A stretch of DNA of 10,249 nucleotides from Candidatus Krumholzibacteriia bacterium. GTDB taxonomy: Bacteria; Krumholzibacteriota; Krumholzibacteriia; WVZY01. The notes beneath the pieces are model-generated. The model saw nothing but the letters and a program-made list of their open reading frames with translations. It ran no database searches and was not told where the DNA came from. The DNA lies in contig JBHHVD010000099.1 of assembly GCA_046754105.1 (NCBI GenBank), positions 1 through 10,249 on the forward strand. Reading direction: 5' to 3'. Positions 5,646 through 10,249 of this stretch are shown here, piece by piece. A program made the translations under genes and the position numbers. How positions within the stretch are numbered: the first letter of the stretch is position 1; every line of letters starts with the position of its first letter.

Positions 5646-8644
5646 GCGAGCGAATCCACAAGGCGCTGGTAGCACCTGCGAACCGCCGCCTTGTGGGCGC
5701 GCATGCGCTCCTCGAACGGGGTTTTGTCACCCATTCCCAAAAGCGCCAGGGTCGTGGTGAGGTACCGAGCCAGTTCGTCTCGCCGGGCGGCGTTCGTCGG
5801 CAGGGAGAAGCCTTGCAGCTCGAGCAGATAATCGACACGGGTGTAGAAGGCGAGCGCCTCCTCGAGGCTCGAAAGTGCGCGCCTCGTGAGGTGCCCGTCC
5901 GCAGCCAAAAGGCGCAGGCGCTCAACGGTGCCGCTATCCACAGGGACGGGCCGGCCGCGGGCGGCGAGCCCGATGGCGCAGAGATACTCGATATCATAAC
6001 GCCCGCCCGCTGAACGCTTGGTCTCCAGCAACTCGGCGTCGGCGGCGACGAGACTCTCCAGCTTGCCGCGCGTCTCGATCAGCGCAACCAGGTCCCCGGC
6101 GGCGGGTGGGCTCGCAAGCCGGGCGCGCAGGACCGCGCCGAACTCGCGTGCCACGTTGTGGTCGCCGCCCCAGCACGCGCACTTCGCGAATGCCACGGTT
6201 TCCCATGGGGAGACGCGGCCGGCGAAGTAGCCCCGGTAATACTCGAGATCCTGAACGAGGGGCGCGTTGGCCCCTTCTCCCCGCAGGCGATAGTCCAGTT
6301 TGAGCACACTGCTCTCCGAGAGGTTGCGGTTGATCAGTTGCAGTGCCCGCGTGACCGGTTCGAGTGGAGCGTCACCGACCACGACCAGCAAATCGACGTC
6401 GCTGCCCAGCCTGGGCTCACCGACGGCGTACGAGCCCATCGCAAAAAGAGCCGCGCCGGTGCCCCCGGCAAGGGAGTCGAAAGCCGAGGTGATGAGCTGC
6501 CGGGCGGACCGCGTCAACGTCGTGGCGATCCGCTCGGGGAAGGTGCCGGCCTGCATGTCACTGAACCACGCGGCCACGACCTTGCGATCGAACGCGGCGG
6601 CGACCCTCTTGTGCAACCGTGAACGATCCGTTTCAACATTCCTGCTGAAAAGCAGGTCGACCGGCGCGTCTGCGGAGACGGGAATGTCGAGAATCGCCGA
6701 CGGGTCCTCCAGCAGCGAATCGAGGATTTCAAAATTCACGCACAACTTTCCCGTCAGGACGGAGGACGTTCCCGCGAGGTTCCTGAGGAGAACCCGCGCC
6801 GGGACCGACTCGCGGAGAAAATCATAGAACGAACTGACGTTCTTGCTTGCGTCGGCGAGCCGCGAAAAGTTGGCCAGCGCTCCGTTGGGATCACCCGTGT
6901 GCGAAAGTTCCTCGAGTAGCGTGGGCAGGAGCTTCTGGAACGCTGCGCGCGTGTTGCGGCCGACGAGTTCGGGAAATGATCCGTAGGCGAGAGATTGCAG
7001 AACCCGGCGCGCCTGCGGCGCGTCGGCGAAGTTGAGCCTGGCCAGCGTCTCGCTTGCCGCGTCATCCTCGGGGGAGAGAAGAAGGAGGGCGGATTCGGGT
7101 ACGGAGTCGGCCGCGAAGAAACTGTCGCTGAGCAGCCGGACCTCGTTAATGTAACTGGTCAGGGTAGAGAGGAACGACGTGTGCGTGAATCCTGCCAGGG
7201 GGCCGTTGGCGATCCGGCGAGCCAGCAGTTGGACCTCGGTCCTGGTGCGGGGGATCGAATGCGTCTTTACCTGGTGCATCATTTGCAGGCGGTGCTCGAC
7301 CAGTCGAAAAAAGCGGTACGCCCGGGTCAGCGTCCGGTACTCGACCCGTTTGATGAGCTTTCGCTTGTGCGCGATAGCGATGCCGTCCAGCGTGTTGGTG
7401 ACTCGAAGCTCCGGGTACTTGTTGCCGTAGAGAAGCTGCAGCGTTTGAACGATGAACTCGATGTCACGGATGCCCCCCTCCATCAATTTGATGTTAAAGG
7501 ATCGGTCCTCCACGGAAATGTTCTCGCGGATCCGATTGCGCATCAGCCCGATGGCCTCCACCGGCGAGTAGGACAGGCTCGGGTTGAACGCGAGTCCGGC
7601 GACACCGTTGAGGAATGTATTGCCCACAGCGGCCTCGCCGGCGATGACCCGTGCCTTGAGCAGTGCCTGGAACTCCCACGGCCGGCCGCGGTTCTCGTAG
7701 TAGATCCTCATGGACGTGAGGGAGTTCACCAGCGGGCCGGTGGCGCCGTCCGGGCGGAGGCGCAGGTCGACGCGGTAGAAGTAACCTTCCGCGGTGACGT
7801 CGGAGATAGCGGAGGTCAACCTTCTTGCAAGCCGGTGGTAGAAGTCGAAGTTTTTCTCGTCGGTGTCAGCACACACGTAGACGAGATCGATGTCCGAGCT
7901 GTAATTCAGTTCTCGTCCGCCCAACTTGCCCAGCGCGAGCACCGCGAACCCGGAAGGGGGCTGCGGCTGCGCGGGTGTGGCCGCAGCCAGCCATACCATT
8001 TCCAGAACGCCCCGCACGACCGCATCCGCCAGACTGCTCAGGCACGCCGTTGTCTCCTCGACCGTCTGCAGGCCCAACAGGTCCTTGACGCCGATCTTTA
8101 GCAGCATGCGCCGCTGAAAACGCCTGGCGGCGTCCAACCTGGCCTCCAGCGATTGAAAATTCTCGGCATCCGCCCGCAACCCCGTCGAATACGTGTCCGT
8201 GGTTTCCCGCCGCTCCCAGGTTGCTTTTTCGATCAGCCAGTAGAGGTATCCGGGGTTACGAATTATGATATCGGCCATGTACTGGCTGGAACCGAAAATG
8301 GTGCCAAGGATCTCGCGCATCGGCCGGCCGCCGGCCGCCGTGTTCAAAAAGGCGCTGGACGTGCCGGCGATATCCAGGAAGCGCAAGAAATTTATGAGTG
8401 CACCCTCGGGGTACGGCGACGCTAGCAGGTCCTGGACGGTGGCCGCGAGCCGTTCGGGAGAAGACGCGCCGAATCGTTTGGACACCTCGTGCAGCACGTC
8501 GACGAGCTCGGGTTCCGAGGGAAACCCCATGCTCGCCAGGCGTGCCGCCGTGTCCCCGGCCTCCGGATTCGCGACGATGTCGGCGACGAGTGCCTGCAGC
8601 TTGAGTCGGATGGATTGAGGCTTGCCGGCCATAGCGGCAATCAT
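5642..8644 (-). CDS. glnE: Glutamine synthetase adenylyltransferase / adenylyl-removing enzyme (GlnE family), about 1000 aa, with a diverged C-terminal catalytic domain
   Basis: N-terminal domain: LGKLGGRELNYSSDIDL, RVDLRLRPDG, WEFQALLKAR, NIKLMEGGIRDIEFIVQ, YRFFRLVEHRLQM. Second homologous domain: MGSYAVGEPRLGSDVDL, LDYRLRGEG, WETVAFAK, KRSAGGRYDIEY. The start may be the ATG at 8632 rather than 8644. Confidence 0.93.
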   Translation of the reverse strand: MIAAMAGKPQSIRLKLQALVADIVANPEAGDTAARLASMGFPSEPELVDVLHEVSKRFGASSPERLAATVQDLLASPYPEGALINFLRFLDIAGTSSAFLNTAAGGRPMREILGTIFGSSQYMADIIIRNPGYLYWLIEKATWERRETTDTYSTGLRADAENFQSLEARLDAARRFQRRMLLKIGVKDLLGLQTVEETTACLSSLADAVVRGVLEMVWLAAATPAQPQPPSGFAVLALGKLGGRELNYSSDIDLVYVCADTDEKNFDFYHRLARRLTSAISDVTAEGYFYRVDLRLRPDGATGPLVNSLTSMRIYYENRGRPWEFQALLKARVIAGEAAVGNTFLNGVAGLAFNPSLSYSPVEAIGLMRNRIRENISVEDRSFNIKLMEGGIRDIEFIVQTLQLLYGNKYPELRVTNTLDGIAIAHKRKLIKRVEYRTLTRAYRFFRLVEHRLQMMHQVKTHSIPRTRTEVQLLARRIANGPLAGFTHTSFLSTLTSYINEVRLLSDSFFAADSVPESALLLLSPEDDAASETLARLNFADAPQARRVLQSLAYGSFPELVGRNTRAAFQKLLPTLLEELSHTGDPNGALANFSRLADASKNVSSFYDFLRESVPARVLLRNLAGTSSVLTGKLCVNFEILDSLLEDPSAILDIPVSADAPVDLLFSRNVETDRSRLHKRVAAAFDRKVVAAWFSDMQAGTFPERIATTLTRSARQLITSAFDSLAGGTGAALFAMGSYAVGEPRLGSDVDLLVVVGDAPLEPVTRALQLINRNLSESSVLKLDYRLRGEGANAPLVQDLEYYRGYFAGRVSPWETVAFAKCACWGGDHNVAREFGAVLRARLASPPAAGDLVALIETRGKLESLVAADAELLETKRSAGGRYDIEYLCAIGLAARGRPVPVDSGTVERLRLLAADGHLTRRALSSLEEALAFYTRVDYLLELQGFSLPTNAARRDELARYLTTTLALLGMGDKTPFEERMRAHKAAVRRCYQRLVDSLA

Positions 8645-8668
8645 AGCGTATCGCCATTTTTCTTGCCA
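8640..8668 (-). promoter_or_regulatory. Putative sigma70-type promoter of glnE (weak -35, good -10)
   Basis: Minus strand: TGGCAA (8668-8663), 17 bp, TATGAT (8645-8640), then 7 nt to the ATG at 8632. Confidence 0.4.
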
Positions 8669-8691
8669 GCCGTGTCACGCTGGTTTAAACT
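8663..8691 (+). promoter_or_regulatory. Putative sigma70-type promoter of glnB-tsaD
   Basis: TTGCCA (8663-8668), 17-bp spacer, TAAACT (8686-8691), 50 bp upstream of the PII start codon. Confidence 0.6.
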
Positions 8692-8693
8692 GA

Positions 8694-9080
<387 letters not shown>

Positions 9081-9081
9081 T

Positions 9082-10089
9082 GTGAACGTTCTGGGCATCG
9101 AAACATCCTGTGACGACACGTCCCTGGCGCTGTTTTCCACGCGCCGTGGGATCATCTCAAATCTCACCGCCAACCAGCTGATCCACGACGAGTACGGTGG
9201 AGTCGTCCCCGAGATTGCATCGCGGGCGCACATCAGGAGCGTGCTCCCCGTGTACCGCGCGCTGTTGGCGGAGACGGGAGTGGACGCGCGGGACATCGAC
9301 GGCATCGGCGTCGCCAACGGCCCGGGGCTGATCGGCTCGCTGCTCGTGGGTGCCGCCTTCGCCAAGGCGCTGGCCTACGCCGTCAAGCGCCCGCTGGTCG
9401 GCGTACATCACATCGAGGCGCACATACTCTCAAATGAGCTCGAGGGCGAGGTGCTAAGCACGCCGGCGGTGGTCCTCGTCGTGTCAGGCGGGCATACATC
9501 GCTCTACCATATCCCGTTCGCGGGGCGGTACGAACTCGTCGGCAACACGCGAGACGACGCCGCCGGGGAATCGTTCGACAAGATCGCCAAGTTGCTCGGG
9601 CTGGGGTTCCCGGGTGGGCCGGTCCTCGAAAAGGCGGCGAGAGACGGAGACGGTGAGGCGGTGCGGTTTCCACGCGCGATGATGAAGAAGGGCGACCTGG
9701 ACTTCAGTTTTTCGGGGCTCAAGACGGCGGTGCGGCTCTACGTGGAGGGTCTGCCTCGAGTCAACGGCAAGGCCGTCTCGGACGTCGCTGCCTCGGCCCA
9801 GCGAGCGATCGTGGATGTTCTGGTGGAGAAGACGGTGCGGTGTGCCGCGCGCTACCGGGTTGGGCACGTTTACCTGGCCGGCGGCGTGGCGGCGAACGCC
9901 CTGCTCAGAGAAAATCTTGCCGGGGCGTGCGCCGGCCGGGGAATTCAGTATCACGCCCCCCTTCTCCAGTATTGTACGGATAACGGGGCGATGATCGCGT
10001 GCGCGGCGTCCGGCCCCCTGGCCCGCGGCCGTGACGACACGATGCGGCTCGATGTGTTCGCGCGCGGACCCGTTTCATCCTGGGCCTAG
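9082..10089 (+). CDS. tsaD: tRNA N6-adenosine threonylcarbamoyltransferase TsaD, 335 aa
   Basis: GTG start 1 nt after the glnB stop, with GGAGAGG at 9063-9069. Motifs VLGIETSCDDT, GGVVPEIASRAH, GPGLIGSL, HHIEAH, VSGGHT, TRDDAAGESFDK, FSFSGLKT, GGVAAN, CTDNGAMIA. Confidence 0.97.
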   Translation: MNVLGIETSCDDTSLALFSTRRGIISNLTANQLIHDEYGGVVPEIASRAHIRSVLPVYRALLAETGVDARDIDGIGVANGPGLIGSLLVGAAFAKALAYAVKRPLVGVHHIEAHILSNELEGEVLSTPAVVLVVSGGHTSLYHIPFAGRYELVGNTRDDAAGESFDKIAKLLGLGFPGGPVLEKAARDGDGEAVRFPRAMMKKGDLDFSFSGLKTAVRLYVEGLPRVNGKAVSDVAASAQRAIVDVLVEKTVRCAARYRVGHVYLAGGVAANALLRENLAGACAGRGIQYHAPLLQYCTDNGAMIACAASGPLARGRDDTMRLDVFARGPVSSWA

Positions 10090-10104
10090 CGTCAATCTTG
10101 ACGC
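10089..10104. repeat. 16-bp palindrome directly after the tsaD stop
   Basis: GCGTCAA-TC-TTGACGC: perfect 7-bp arms with a 2-nt centre. Confidence 0.7.
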
Positions 10105-10249
10105 ATGGAAGCTGGGTCGTTTCTCCGCCTTTCTCGTGGTGCCCTCGAGACCCCGGCGGGACACGTCCGACGGCCGCCCCCTGGCGCACCCGCACGGAAC
10201 GGGCTCACAACAGCCCGCTCACAACCCCCTGCAATCGATTCCGGGTTCA

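Noticed and set aside
5079..5997. ORFs crossing the glnD/glnE gap (5079-5618, 5506-5997, 5515-5760) as a transposase or small protein
   Set aside because: Low-complexity Arg/Pro/Ser/Ala translations that overlap real genes; no DDE, HUH or recombinase motifs.
8652..8669. Minus-strand TGGCAAGAAAAATGGC as a sigma54 promoter for glnE
   Set aside because: GG-to-GC spacing is 11 nt, not the strict 10.
10215..10224. CCGCTCACAA matching half of the lac operator (vector contamination)
   Set aside because: Only 10 nt, with no other half-site or vector sequence around it.

Overview
GC-rich bacterial chromosomal window holding the whole glutamine synthetase regulatory cascade in one block: glnA (type I-beta GS, +), glnD (+), glnE (-, convergent with glnD) and a PII gene (glnB-like, +, divergent from glnE), followed by tsaD. 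An ORF running in from the left edge joins TPR repeats in frame to an NnrD (YjeF-C) NAD(P)HX dehydratase domain. An abrupt codon-usage switch at the join suggests a chimera, either biological or from assembly. The strongest unexplained signal is a 268-bp non-coding element between glnD and glnE. It has long terminal inverted repeats, a CTAG at each end and a nested internal fold, and removing it leaves the two stop codons overlapping in one CTAG. This looks like a MITE inserted into overlapping convergent stops. Other observations: a degenerate C-terminal (adenylyltransferase) active-site motif in GlnE, back-to-back sigma70-type promoters for glnE and glnB that share one -35 hexamer, a possibly leaderless glnE, and TAG as the stop codon of all six genes. 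All calls come from reading motifs by eye; no searches were run.
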